A stretch of DNA of 64,000 nt. Source: Paraspadella gotoi. Taxonomy: Eukaryota > Animalia > Chaetognatha. Below are positions 26,553-40,000 of the stretch, piece after piece (the stretch's first letter is position 1; every line of letters starts with the position of its first letter). The stretch lies in NCBI GenBank assembly GCA_051294375.1, contig CM119264.1:14410682-14474681 (forward strand). Direction: 5' to 3'. A program made the position numbers and the translations under genes. Below the pieces are notes generated by a model. That model had not been told where the DNA came from, did no database searches, and was given only the letters and a program-made list of their open reading frames with translations.

Positions 26553-29243
26553 GGGATTGTCCAAAGAGACCGAATCGGTTACCGACATGGACGACGACGA
26601 AGAGTTAAGATTAGGCAACGAAGTAGATGACGGTTCAGGCTCCGATTCTGTGAGCAAAGTTTGTAGAATAACTAAAAATAAATTAAAGTTAAGTCTGAAG
26701 AGATTTTTTTTTTATTTTCATTTATTTATTTTATTTAATTATTTTTATTTATTTTTACCATGATGGAAGAAAAAATCTTCGCGGTTGGGAAAAATCGGTT
26801 AATTTCATTGTCAAATATATTTTTTGGCCGGTAAATAGGTTAGGTAATAAAAAAGAACCGGAAATTAGTATTTTTTTTGGACAACTCATTTTATTTTGCA
26901 TGGAACTCTTTTGTATTTTTTGTTGTACATAAATAAGACACCACGAAAATTTTTTTTCCACCATGGCGATGAAATCCACCAACCCAAAGGTCCATGGTTC
27001 AAGCCCGGTGGTCGCCAAGCAGTTAAGAGGGACGGGCCGCTTAACCTGCCTGTAACACAGCCTGATCCGAAGCTCAGGGACTGCTTATATTAAACGTTTC
27101 TGTCACTAACACACAACAATCATTACTGTCTCTTCAAGAGAAAATAAAAATATATTTCCTATATAAAAAAACAGTTATTGATTGATTGGCGAACCGGACG
27201 CCTCGAGTCCGAAAACCCGGCACACGTAAACCCCGGTCGAGACGTCTGCCCAAGCGACGACGCCGCCAAAACCCGCCGCGACGAAGAAGGAGCCGAGGAT
27301 CCAAAGCGTCACTCGACGTCGCGTCCAACTGTCGATTACGCGGAGAGGGTCGCGGAGTTCGAGCGTGTTAGCCTCGAGGGTGGGTTAGATTGGGGTGAGA
27401 GTGATTAGGTGGGTGAGTTTATAGTTGACGAGCTTCGGAGGGACGGGACCGTTCAAGGAAGTATAAAGGAGAACAGGATTTGTGGATTTGTATGGGTTAA
27501 ATCGCTACGAAGCTATTGAGAGCGTGAATCACTCTAAATACGACACGGTACAAGTTAACGTGGCGAAACCTACCCATGCAAAATTTTAGCATATTTCTTT
27601 ATCTGTGAGCCAATCTTGAAGCTGTATATTAATAATACCACACGCGTTTGGTTCAACCAAACCTTCTTTACTGTCACCATAAGCCTCACTTATCTACAAA
27701 AAAGAAAAATGAGTAAAAAAACAATAAAAAGCAGACTCAAGGTGGTAAAAATCTCTGACAAAATTTTATACTGCTTGATTTGTCCATTAAACAATACAGC
27801 TAAAAAATATTATAAATGATTATAATTATTATTATGATCCAGTATTTGATAATTTCGAATTAAGAAACAATAAGTTTTAGATCAATCAGTTTGAAAACTA
27901 AAATGACAATTTTTTTTTTCACTTTTTCAAGATTTGACTTTCTTTTTTTACTGTGTTCCTTATGTAATGCCGTAAAGAATAAGGAAGACATTTTGAGTGA
28001 GGTCATGTTATTGCAATCATGTGTGTATATTTTGAAACCNNNNNNNNNNNNNNNNNNNNNAACCCTCACGACCTAAAACGTCTTACCCTGAACTGAAGAT
28101 GCCACAAAAATACCAAAAATACAGAGAAGAAAAGTGTGGCAGGAAACAGAATTCCCGCGGAAATCTCGGCGAGAGAATGCCCTTCGGCGTCGACGTTGCC
28201 GACACCATCGTCCCGGACAATGTCGGCAATTCTAAGTCGCGACAAGATGAGACTTGTAAATCCTGACGAATAAGAATTTTCATCAAGCGAAGCAATTTTT
28301 TTTTTTTTTTTTTTTTGAAAATGGGTTTACTAAAATTTGATCTTTCTTTTTATTTTTCGATAATTATTTCCGTTCAAGGCTCAAACACGCAAAGTAAATT
28401 AAATTTAGTTTCATAACTAATTGACGCTCATAAATTTAAATAATTTTCTGACATTAAATCTCCTACCATGTAAGGAATTGAATTTCCGTCTATCAGCTTG
28501 CAATAAACTTACCCAAAAGGCAAGCAGTTGTCTCTACGAAAGATTTTATTCGAAGGACGAGAGCCTCGCCGGGAGAGAAGTAGACCAAAGGGTCGCTTTG
28601 GGGATGACAATGACGACCGACTGCAACGTCGAAATTTAGAATCAATGTAAATGATGATAAAGCGCCATGAAAATGTCCGAAAAAACATTACACGCATTTT
28701 ATCGGCAAAATAATGAATGCTTGCTGACAATACTTTCTTAAAACATCTATCATCTCTCAACTCTGAACCGTCTCTCATATCACAACCTTTTCTCTCTCAC
28801 CAGTTCGCAAAACGATCCATCGAAAGTACAGAGGAAATTTGAGGACGAAATGAAAGATCGACGCTACGACGAAGACGACCGCGGGAAGGAACCAGAATTT
28901 CGTCGCCTCGGCACAAAAATTCAAAGCAACGGAAACCATCCTTTAAGAAAAGGATATATATATATATCTAGATATATACAGTTTTAAAAATTAATTTCTT
29001 CCATCCTTTTTTTTTTTATTTATTTATTTATTTTTTTTTTTATTTTTTTTGCGCGAGAAAACAGAACGATGATTTGACGAAGAATTCAATTGCGTCGAAT
29101 GAGTTTATCGATGTAGGCGACAGACGCTACGACGATAGCGATGCCACGCCCCGCAACTCGGCTGCTCCGACAACAGCGCGGAAGCTGCGTCGTCGTCTTC
29201 GTTGTCGTAGTCGACGTCACCGTAGTCATCGGCCTCGTAGTTG
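26553..29243 (+). CDS. Fragmentary exons of an unknown Asp/Glu/Arg-rich protein
   Basis: CpG-rich exon-like blocks, several bounded by AG/GT, at about 26554-26649, 27185-27400, 28160-28255, 28542-28640, 28804-28952 and 29064-29243 (ends RRRLRCRSRRHRSHRPRS*); full splicing not resolved. Confidence 0.4.
26962..27100 (+). mobile_element. tRNA-derived SINE, partially deleted copy
   Basis: Reverse-complement match to 54845-55035; B-box-like GGTTCAAGCCC; duplicated at about 33340-33480. Confidence 0.7.
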
Positions 29244-32200
29244 AAGTCTTTGCTTTTAGTTTTACGCGTGTCCTTAACAAGAGAGGAGATTTGTAAGATT
29301 GTGGGGGCGACCGACGGACCTGACAAAGTGAGTCGAATTTGCTGATTAGGCAAGAGTCCGACTAAAAATCTTGTGATAAAAATATGATAGGAATAGTCGT
29401 CTTAGGGCCTTCAGACGCTTGAGACTGGTCGGGAATTATGCAGGATCGCCCTCCTTTATGGTTCTGCGCCTTGAAATTGTCGGAACTCAGGTCTTGTACT
29501 CAACCGCCCGTCGGAATTGTAAGTCTTAAGAAGTTACTAAAAAAAGGGTAGGATTCAGAATTTCAAAGCTTCTCTGTTGCGACGAAAACAGAGAGATCGA
29601 ATAGGAAAAGCATCTTTGTAAGTATTTGATATTTTTCTAGAGTGTTGTGTCAAGATATCCCATAAGTATATTCCTATGAAATCAAATTAGGCTTAACGCA
29701 ATGGGGCTTGCTGCTAAAGATTGGCCGTCTCTTACTTCTTGTCGGTCTGATGTGCGTCCACAGGAATGGGGCTTAGATGCTGGACAGCGCCCAATCATTT
29801 TGGAATTAAAGTCATGCTCGGGTGAAATGAGACAATGAATGTAATTTTAAATCATTGGGTTGGATGCATACCCTGGAAATTGAATAAATCGTTGTAGATC
29901 ATAGGGCGTACGATGGATTCCTAAGAAGTGTAGTGTCCGAGCCGTTAGAGCCCTATAAGTATTAGGGATTGGCTGAGTCGAAAGGCTATTTGCGTTCTGC
30001 AGGGTCAAAAGGCCAACGTAACCGATGCAGGCGATGGGCGAGATAAACTGGTCTACTTTTTACATGCAGTTACTGCGGCGCCAAATAAGTAGCCACTTGC
30101 TTTCAACACCGAAAAAAAATATATTGGGATGAACGTGGCTGAATTTACAAAAGATATAAAACATAAAAACAAAGCTTATTGGAAAGCTGAAGCGTTGTTG
30201 GTCCTCAGTCCTATTAAAATCGAGCAAAGCGTTCGAAAGTATAGGACCGTCAAATTGATTGGTACAAAAATCCAATTAGGCAAAAATCCGCGTCGTAAGT
30301 CATTGTGTGGTTGTATAGTCTTACTTAGGATTTCAACATTTTCAATGACTCCGCCTAGCTTAGTAAAGGCGGGGCCTAAAAATTGAACACTTTTTTATAA
30401 CTTCTGCTAGTTGCTAACTTATTAAATTAGTTTATTGGGCTTTGTGTAGAGCTGAACTTGTAATATTTTATTAATATAATAACAAAATGTCAAATTTTTT
30501 TAATTTGATAATTTTTTAAGAAGCGTATTTTTATAGAGCTTGGGAAAAGTTAAATGAAAGTTAGTACTTACAATTTGTTTAAGAATTTTTAAGCAATAAA
30601 TTGGTTAAAAATAGAAAAAAAACCTGTAAAAAATCATGCACAGAATCCATCAATCATCGAATAGAAACTAAAAAAGATGTAAAAACCCTTTATCGTAACG
30701 TTGGTAAAGCTCTACAGAATCTATTAAAATAAAATGTTAAAAAATTTTTTTTAAAAAATTTAAACTTTATATAGGTAATAAAATAATCTTTAAATGCTTC
30801 CGTGCGCTGAGATCAAATAAAATGAATTTTAAAAATTATTTTTATCTTTCAATCATTCTTTAAGCAGTTCTTTGAGATAACTTCTAGTTTTAGCCCTGTT
30901 CCGGCTACTTGGCTAGTCTCGTTGAGGGGTCTGAAACCAGAAGCCGAAATCGAAAATTAAACGATATTTTTGTCAGTCTTTAGGTGGTCCCAAAGTTGAC
31001 CACTGTCAATCTGTATATCAATTAAGATGGCCGGAAGAAAGATGGAGTTGAGTACATGTCAATTTAGTTATAATTTTATGTTGCATTTTATTACATCTTA
31101 AAGGTTTTAAGGAAACAACATTTTTAAGAAAGTTACGTCCTCAGCAGGCAATAAAAGGTTGTTAATTTTTTAAAAACAAGCTTTTTTCAAACGTACCAAG
31201 AAATTGTTTGGCTCTCTTTAAAGACAGTATTCTTGCGGTCGCACCAAAGACGGTCAGTGGAATGTTCACTGACTGGATGCGCGAACAGATTGGGAATTGC
31301 AGGTTGCAGCGCAATCTTGCTTCATAGGCGAAGTAAGTCTTAGTTTAGACAAAAGCCATAAATTTTAAAACTTTATATTGCCGTTTTGTTGTAGAATTTA
31401 TATCTTTTTATTTACCTTTCCTGGTTTCTTTTCTTGCAAATTTCAACTAGCCATACAGGAAGGTCGCAGTGTCTTTGAGACTAACTGTAAAAATCGTTTG
31501 GACGGGTAAATAAAAAGATAATCTTCGTGAAATTAAGTACACTTGGTAAAAAATTGTAATGTCAATACAATCAATTAAAAAAGATTTTCCTTCAGCAACG
31601 CATAAATAACCTTCCCAAAGGTTCGAGAGAAGGCGGCTATGAAACTGCGTTTTTCGACCGCGCAGTTAAGAAGGCTATCATGTTTCCTGTCACTATTCTT
31701 ACTACTGTCAGAACGTCGACAGTTCTAGGCAGGGGGATGCTTGGAACATTCTGCTTCTATCTTACATTTTCATTAATGCAGTGGGGATTGCAGTCAGAGA
31801 AAACGGGGCGGCCAAAAAGCTATGGCAGTCACGCAATCCTTCATCTTGATTTTCAGCAAAATATATTAAAAATTTGTGAAGGAAAGCGGCGCGAGAGATT
31901 TTGACATGTCACCCAAAAATATAGTGATTAAGATTTGGATTTTCAGGATGGTTTTTTATATCGTAGTTGAAAAACAAGTTTAGGCTTAGTGTTCCAAGAT
32001 TTAAGTCATAGTCGTTTTCCTCTGGTGGCCGACGAACTCAGACGACGCATAATGCCGCTGTGTTTGACAGGCCCGCCCATTCAGAGACAACAGTACCGCC
32101 ACCAGCAGAGACGAGGTTCCAGCTGATGCCTCAGCGCGCACCTTTCCGGCGGAAGACCGTCAGTGCCAAGAGAGAGAGCTCCTTTGAGCTTTTTCGAGGG

Positions 32201-35200
32201 GGGCGGGATTGGCGCGAAGTTTTCGTCGGGGTTGACCCCAACTGGTCACTGTTTCGGTGTGTCGGCGAGAGAAGCCCGGTTAATAACTCGTCTCCTGCTT
32301 CTCTCTCTCTTGTTCTCTCTCTTTCTTTTTTGCTCTATCTTCTCTCTGCTCTTTCTTCTCTCGTTGCCTAACCAGGCCCGCGCTCTGTTCTTTCATGTTT
32401 AGTATCATCGTCAAACTCAATATGCTTGTACATTGAACCGTCTCTTCTCTGTTTCCTTTGTTAATAACCTGCCAGATAAACATGTATTATGTTCCTACAT
32501 CGGTCTATCATAGAACCAGTTGTTGCTGTAAGAGCTGGCCTCGCCTGTACTATATTATTTTAAAAAGTTTGAAGACAATCTAATGGTATATACTCTCTTG
32601 AATTTGATCAGGAAAGCCCGAATTTGCTAGACTGCATGACAAGGATTACTGCAACGGCGCATACGACTCCAGTGCCTTCTTTTTTTCGGAATTGATCGTC
32701 AACCGGTTTTTTTGTTTTCTATTTCGCCTTGGGATGAATAAGGAGTTAAAAGTAATCGACACAAATTTAAAGGGCCATGATTTAAATATATTTTTTTTTT
32801 GTACCCGATTTGTGAAGGAAAGACATTACCGGTCAGCTCTCTAATAAGAATTTTACTCAGTTTTTTCTATTAGATTTTAAAACTTACGTCTGGAAAGTAC
32901 CTTTTAAAGCAGGAGATTGTCCAAGACCGAATCGGTTACCCGACGATGGACGACGACGAAGAGTTAAAGATTAGGCAACAGAGTAGATGAACGGTTCAGG
33001 CTCGATTGCTGTGAGCAAAGTTTGTTAGAATAATAAAATAAATTAAGAGTTACAAGTTCTGAAAGAGATTGTTTTTTGATTTCATTTATTTATTTTTTTA
33101 ATTATTTTATTTATTGTTACCATGATGGAAGAAAAATGCTTCGCGGTTGGGAAAAATCGTGTAATTTCATCTGTGCAAATATATTTTTTGCCGGTAATAG
33201 GTTAGTAATAAAGAAAGACCGGAGAATTTAGTATTTTTTGGACAACCGATGGTCATTTTGATTTTGGCATGGAACTCTTTTGTATTTTTTGTTTGTATCA
33301 GTAATAAGACATACACTAAAATTTTTTTCCACCATGCGATGAAATATCCACCAATCCGATCCAGATAGGTGCCATGGTTCACACCCGGTGGTCGGCCAAG
33401 CAGTTAAGAGGGACGGGCAGCAACCTGCACTGTAGACACAGCCTGATCCGAAGCTCAGGGACTGCTGTAGTATTGAACGGATTTCTTTCTGCGCACGAAG
33501 CTCAGCAACAATCTGTACTGTCCTCTTCGCAAGATAAATAAAAATATATTTGTCCGTATGAAAGAAAATAGTATTGAATTGATTGGCGAAACCGAACGCC
33601 TCGAGTCTCCGAGACCGGACACGATGAAAGCCGAGACGCGGTCGAGAGGCGTCTGCCCAGCGACGGAACGCCTGTCCGAAACCGCGCCGCGACGAAGAAG
33701 AGGAGCCGAGGAATGCCAAGAGCGTACTCCGACGTCGCGTACAACTGGTCCGATGTTACGCGGAGAGGTCCGGGGAGCTTTCGAATGGCGTGTTAGCCTC
33801 GGAGGTGGGTTAGAGTGGGGTGAGAGTGATTAGGGTGGGTGGAGTTTAATAGGTTTGGGCGTTGACGACCTCGGAGGGCGGGACCGTTCAAGGGAAGTAT
33901 GAAAGGAGGAAGCAGGGATGTTGTGGGATTTGTATGGGTTAATTCGCTAGCGAAGCTGTTGAGAGCGTGAAAATCACTCTAGAATACAGGGATAGACCCT
34001 CATCGAGCCTAAAACGTCCTTACCCTGAACTGGAAGATGCCGACACAAATACCAAAAATACAGAGAAGAAAGGTGTGGCAGGAAACAGAATTTCTCAGTC
34101 GGAATCTCGGAGAGTGAGAAGGTCGTTTTTTCGGCGTCGGACGTTGCCGAGCAGGATCCATCGTCCCTGACACGTGCGGCAATTCTAAGGTTCGCGACAA
34201 GAATGAGACTTGTAAATCCTGAACGAATAAAGAATTTTCATACAGCGAAGCGGCAGATCTTTTTTTTTTTTTTTTTTTTTGAAAATGGGTTGTACTAAAA
34301 TGATGCTTTCTTTTAGTTTTCGGATAATTCAGTGTTCGCGTTCAAGGGCTCAGAACACCAAAGTTATTTAATTGTAGTTTCATGAACTAATTGACGCTGC
34401 ATGAAATTTGAAATAATTTTTCTGGACATTAATCTCGCTACCATGTAAGGAGATATTGAATTTCCTGTCTAGTGCAGCTTGGCAATAAACTTGACGCGCC
34501 GAGAAAGCAGAGCAGTTGTCGCTAACGAAGAGAGTTGTATTCGAAGGACGAGAGGCGCTGCGCCGGGAGAGAGTAGACCAAAGGGTCGCTTTGGGGATGA
34601 CGAAATGACGACCGACTGGCAACGTCGAAAATTGTTAGAATCAATGTAAAATGATGAAATAAAGCGCCATGAAATGTCCGAAAACACTGACAAGCAGAAC
34701 GCATTTTAATCGCAATAATGAATGCTTGCTGACAATAACTTCTAACATTCCTATCATCTCTCCTCTTAAACCAGTCTCTCATAGTCACAACCTTTTCCTC
34801 TCTTCACCAGTTCGCCAAAACGTCCATCGAAAGTGAGAGGGAATTGAGGACCGAATGAAAGATGTCGACCGCCTACGGACGCAGAGTACGACTCGCGGGA
34901 AGGACAGAATTTGGTCGCCGTCGGCACGAAAATTTCAAAAGCTAACGGAAACCATCCTTTAAGAAAGGATAAGTATATTATATTATATCTAGAATATATT
35001 ACAGTTTTAAAAAATTAATGGTTCTTCCATCCTTTTTTTTTTTATTTATTTATTTATTTTTTTTTTTATTGTTTTGCCGCGAGGAAAAACAGAAGACGAT
35101 GGATTTGACGAAGAATTGCAATTGCGTCGAATGAGTTTTATCGATGGTAGGCACAGACGCTAGCGACGATAGCGGATGCCACGCGCCCGCAACTCGCTGC

Positions 35201-37060
35201 TCCGACACAGCGCGGAAGCTTGCGTCCGTCGTCTCGTTGTCGTAGTGACGTCACGCGTAGTCAGCTCGTAGTTGAAGTCTTTGGCTTAGTTTTACGAGGT
35301 CTTTCACTAGGGGGAGGACTAACTCAATAAGGTGGTTAAGAAATTGAATTAAGCACCTCCTCAAGACGAGAAATTTTAGAACATTTTAAAAAAAATTTGA
35401 TAGACAATTTTTTTTATAATTACTCGGCAGTACTCAGTATATTATTTTAAGTATTTATTATAATAGGAGGCTGAAAAATTTTTTTTGGATTTTTTGATTT
35501 TTAGGGAATCAGATTCAGGGAGCTTTGCAAAAAGTTGGTTACAGACAAGTATAATTCTTTTTTCGATAGTTTTTGATCAATAGAGTTGTGAAAATAGTGA
35601 AATACTATTTATAAATCATCATCATCATTCATTTTTCAATAATTTTATTACTCTATTGACCAAGAAACATAAATATTTTGGAAAGTTGTAGGTTAATTTT
35701 TTTATTTAACTTTTTATGCTCTAGTCAGAATCCATAAAAAGTTTAAGATGACTAAAAAAAGTTTTTTATCATTATTGTAGTAATATGTAATTTAATAGGC
35801 AACAATAAAGGCATTAATCGGAACTTTTTTTAAAAAAATTCTTTTTTTACGCAGCTCGTAAAGTTTTGAACCCGCCCTGATGAATTTAATTGCCATAGTA
35901 GATTTCCCTGTAACAGATTCATGTTAAATCCTATTTCTCTTTTTCTGTGTATGTTTTGTCCTCCCTTCGGTCTGTCTCTCAGTCTTTCTGTCTCTTTTTT
36001 AAAAAACCGAAATCTGTCTTTCGGGCCTCCCCAGTTTCCTACCTATAAAGCACGCTCCTCGTCTTCTCCTGCTCCCTTATAACACAACAACACATACATA
36101 CGTATGTTCTTACGTAATTCATTCGTGTCCTGACAAATGATCTTGCCTCACGTTTCAAGATTTATCCATACGAGACTAAATTCACTTGATTGCCCAGTAA
36201 TTTTGGCCATGATTAAAAGATTTGGCATTCGACCTTATGTTTTTTGGTACATTTCAATAACGAAGTTATCTTTTTAAAGGGTTCAAGAAAGAGTAGAACT
36301 GGCATACAAGCTTTTCTGCTCATTCTCCTGACCTTTGTTACGTTTGTTAATGATGAAATTCAATGGACGGTTCCTCNNNNNNNNNNNNNNNNNNNNNNNN
36401 NATATATAGACGTTACTGATTCTTTTTCTTCCTTTTTTACTTCGTTTTTTTTTATTTTGAAATATAATTCATGAAACCATTAAGGAGAAAAATATGCAAA
36501 GCTTTGATGCCATTTTAACCATATACTATATAGGATTACTTAAGGTGCAAATTTCTAATATAAGTTGATCGGTAGATCAAGGTAGATGATATTTTATCAT
36601 CTGACGTCACTCTTCAGTTTTTGTTCTCAACCTAATTCACTGACAGCAATTGAAAGTTTTAAAAACTAAAGGATGTCGCATCTGACTTAGAAAGTTATTT
36701 TTTATTATAAATTAAGTAAGGGAACAGAAAATCAACTTAGAAAGCACAGGTCGTTTGTCTGTGAGAAAATTGTGGTTTGGTTACGTGGAATCAAAGATGA
36801 TTATATCATAAAGACAAATCTTTACTGCTTAGTGTTTAAATATTTAAGCTCTCGTGTAAAAGAAGTATTTCTCACAATTCAATTTAAAAATTAATTGATT
36901 ATTCACAATCACAAATTCGTAAAGTTAAAACGTTTTAAAGTTTTTTTTCGTCTAATATTACGTTTTCTTCTTCTGCAGTTTTCCTAACTTCTTGATATCA
37001 ATATCCGGCTTTTGCAAAACAAAAACATTAACGCGCAAAACTTTCAATTTAATTCCTAAA

Positions 37061-40000
37061 ATGATTTACATCTTGTTTCTCGCTGCGCTCCTGCGACCAA
37101 TTTCAACGGAAAACACCTTGAAAGGTAAACAAGTGAACATCAGTCTTTACACTAGCGACTTCCGTTTGTCACTGTCAGTCTTACCGATTCCGTTTTTGAT
37201 TTTCAGAATGTCGGACATGTGTTAAGACATGCATGGAAAAACAATGCGTAGAAGTGAGTTTCACCCTTTTCGATTGACCACGTCGTGAAGGTGGTCGGGT
37301 GGATTTGGTCAGCTTCTCCACTACATTTTTATTCTTACTAGTTAAAGAGAATTTTATTTTAAATGTTTAAACAACAAATATACTAACATTCTCAGCTGGT
37401 ATTTAATAAAGAAGGTTTTTTTAATGAATAATTTTAATAGCTTGATACGATATATCCTGATGACCGTGGATATTTCATTCGCCATTCAGGTAAATTACTC
37501 TAAATATTTTTTTCCCGATCATATTTTTGTTTCGCCATAGAACCAAACTTGCGCGTTCGGGTTTCCGCTGGGTCCTAACTCGGAACGCGTTGTCGCTCGA
37601 GTTCTCGACCCGCGATTCGTGACTGACTTTAGCATCTCTTTCTTCGCTACCTTCTCGTAAATCCGGGGAGATGGGGTGGGAGGGGAAGCAAGATATGTTA
37701 AAAAAAAAGCTTTCCTACTAAGTTTCATTTATTTAAAAAGTTTTTTTTATTAATCTTCATTCATCAATCACAATCATTTTAAATTGCCAAACACTCTCTA
37801 CTTTTTACTGGACAAATTTCTATCCGACTTGAGCCATTTTGCCTTAGTAACTTTCACCTCTTCTTCCTCCGTCTTTCAAACACCCTCCAGTTAGGCGGGA
37901 GTTATACAAGTACATTCTTGGAAATTTGGTCCATCTTGTGTCCCCTTAAATATTTTGATTTATATATTTTTAATAAAATTATAACATTTTCGGGTGGTTT
38001 AGTCGGCTAACCCGCTTCCGTCGAGGACAAAAGGTAACATGTGTTCGTCGCTTCTTGAAAAATTTCGAGGCCGTCCAAGAATTCTCCCAGTTTGGCGTCT
38101 GCTCCAAATCCAAACTCGAGCGCGGACCTCTGATTGGTCGAATTTATGAGATCCCAGCTTTCTATTGGAGCAGTGAAATATACTCATCCGACGTAAAGAG
38201 CGAGATTCTAAAAGAATATTTTTAATGCGAATATTACGGAAAAACCTTTTATTTATTCGTAGCTTTTAGTAATTAGATAGTATTTAAAGCCACAACACAA
38301 TGCCAAAAGCAAAAAAACACCAAGACTTGTATATTAATCCAGTCAATAGGGTCATCTAAGCCTTTAACCAAACGCCGATCTGCCCTTGCTTCGCGACGTG
38401 CTGAAAGCTTGTCCTTTCAAGCAGGTTGTACGAATGTTAATCCGATTGCTAAGGGCCTTTTTTATAAACTAGTTATAATTTCTTGCTTTCAAATTATTTT
38501 AAAATACATCTTATTAAAGAGTATTAAGCAACTAAAATATTTTAAAATATCGAGAATTAGTATTAAAACTTAATCCGTTAACCTTCAGGAAAAAGGGGAG
38601 AAGATGGCATCGGTTTTTTCAAAGCATAGCGTGTGAAATAATCGGCACTTTACAGAAAAACAAATTCTTCACTTGCGATATTCAATGAAAATTCCATTTC
38701 GCGAATCCCGAATTTCAAAGGAATGGAACGCTCGCATCAGAATTTCGACGAACAGAAAACAGAAAAGGCAAAGAAAAGGTTTTGACGATCGCTTGATCGC
38801 TTATTTTGATATACTACCCGCTGTAAGTGTATCATTAAAGCTGTGATGATGCAACACCATTGGCTGTGACGGAAATTGTGAGGAAAAAGCACAATCGTGT
38901 GCTCATGTCCGGGAAAATAAAATTCCCAAAAACGGAACTCTCTTTTATCAAGGACCAAAGAGAAAGAGTCGGTTCATCTTGGAAAATTACGGCTTGGACG
39001 TATGATCAACAAGAAACAAAAACGGCTGCAGAAAAAAAACTTGAGAGAAATGAAAAAGGAAAAGAAAAGCAAGAAAGCTTCAATGAAAATAAAAAAATGC
39101 AACTAAAGAAGAAGAGGTTCACAAAAACTATGCAAAATTTTTTCAATGATTGTCAAGGTGAGATTTCATGTGATATTGATGAAAAAGATGTTGATTTTCA
39201 CAATGAACGAATTGATAAAAAATTCAAAGAAAAAAATGAAATGCGTCAATCTCTCTCACGTAGCGCGAGAAGCAATGCGCTGGCCAGAAACTTCCGATAG
39301 AATTGGTCGCTGCGATAGTCACTGCAACATTAATCGACTTTGGTCTTGTCAACAGAAGAAATTCAACCTTAATTGTGGACCGAAAAAAATAAGACGAGAA
39401 AAAGAAAAGCTGATAAAAAGTTATCAAGAAAGAAATCGCGGATTTAAAATCCAGCGGAATAAAAAGCATTATATTTTGATGGAAAGATCATTCCAACAAT
39501 AGAAATTGAGGAAACGAAAACTGGCTTTAAACAAAAACACAGAGAAAGCAAGAACAAATTGCGGTTATTGAGCAACCTAGCGGAAAATATGTCACTCATT
39601 TAACGCCACCATCAAAAAAAGGACATGCAACTGCCATTACAGATTTTGTTCATCAAAACAAATTGAATACAATTGATGGTTTTAGGAGGAGACTCAACCA
39701 ATACCAACACAGGATGGGAAAATGGAACTTTTGCACACATAGAAAGATATGGGGACATCGATTTCATTGGATGATTTGCAGCCTTCATACAAATGAATTA
39801 GGCCTCCGTCATCTTGTCCAGAAAGATTCTTGCAAAACAAGTGGTTCAAATTCTTTTGAAGCTCCCATTGGACCACTTCTCCAGTCTGTTGAATCTTTTG
39901 TTCTGGAATGAAAACTTTGAGAAGGTTGACATTGGGCCAGGAATTTCGACTTCTCCTGAGCAGGTGGTTTCAGATCTTTCCCGTGACCAACGCTACCCTG

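Larger units (their letters stand above)
23207..35300 (+). repeat. ~6-kb tandem duplication (copy 1 23207-29270; copy 2 29298-35300)
   Basis: Collinear throughout; copy 2 differs mostly by dense single-base insertions, as in uncorrected long reads; copy 1 has an extra segment and gap at 27541-28060. Confidence 0.93.

Noticed and set aside
29298-35300. ORFs in the second tandem copy as separate genes or pseudogenes
   Set aside because: Indel pattern indicates sequencing error rather than evolved paralogs
37457-37490. CTGATGA as a hammerhead core (also at about 21288, 35878, 44445, 55009, and minus strand 61362)
   Set aside because: No correctly placed helix II plus GAAA and cleavage triplet
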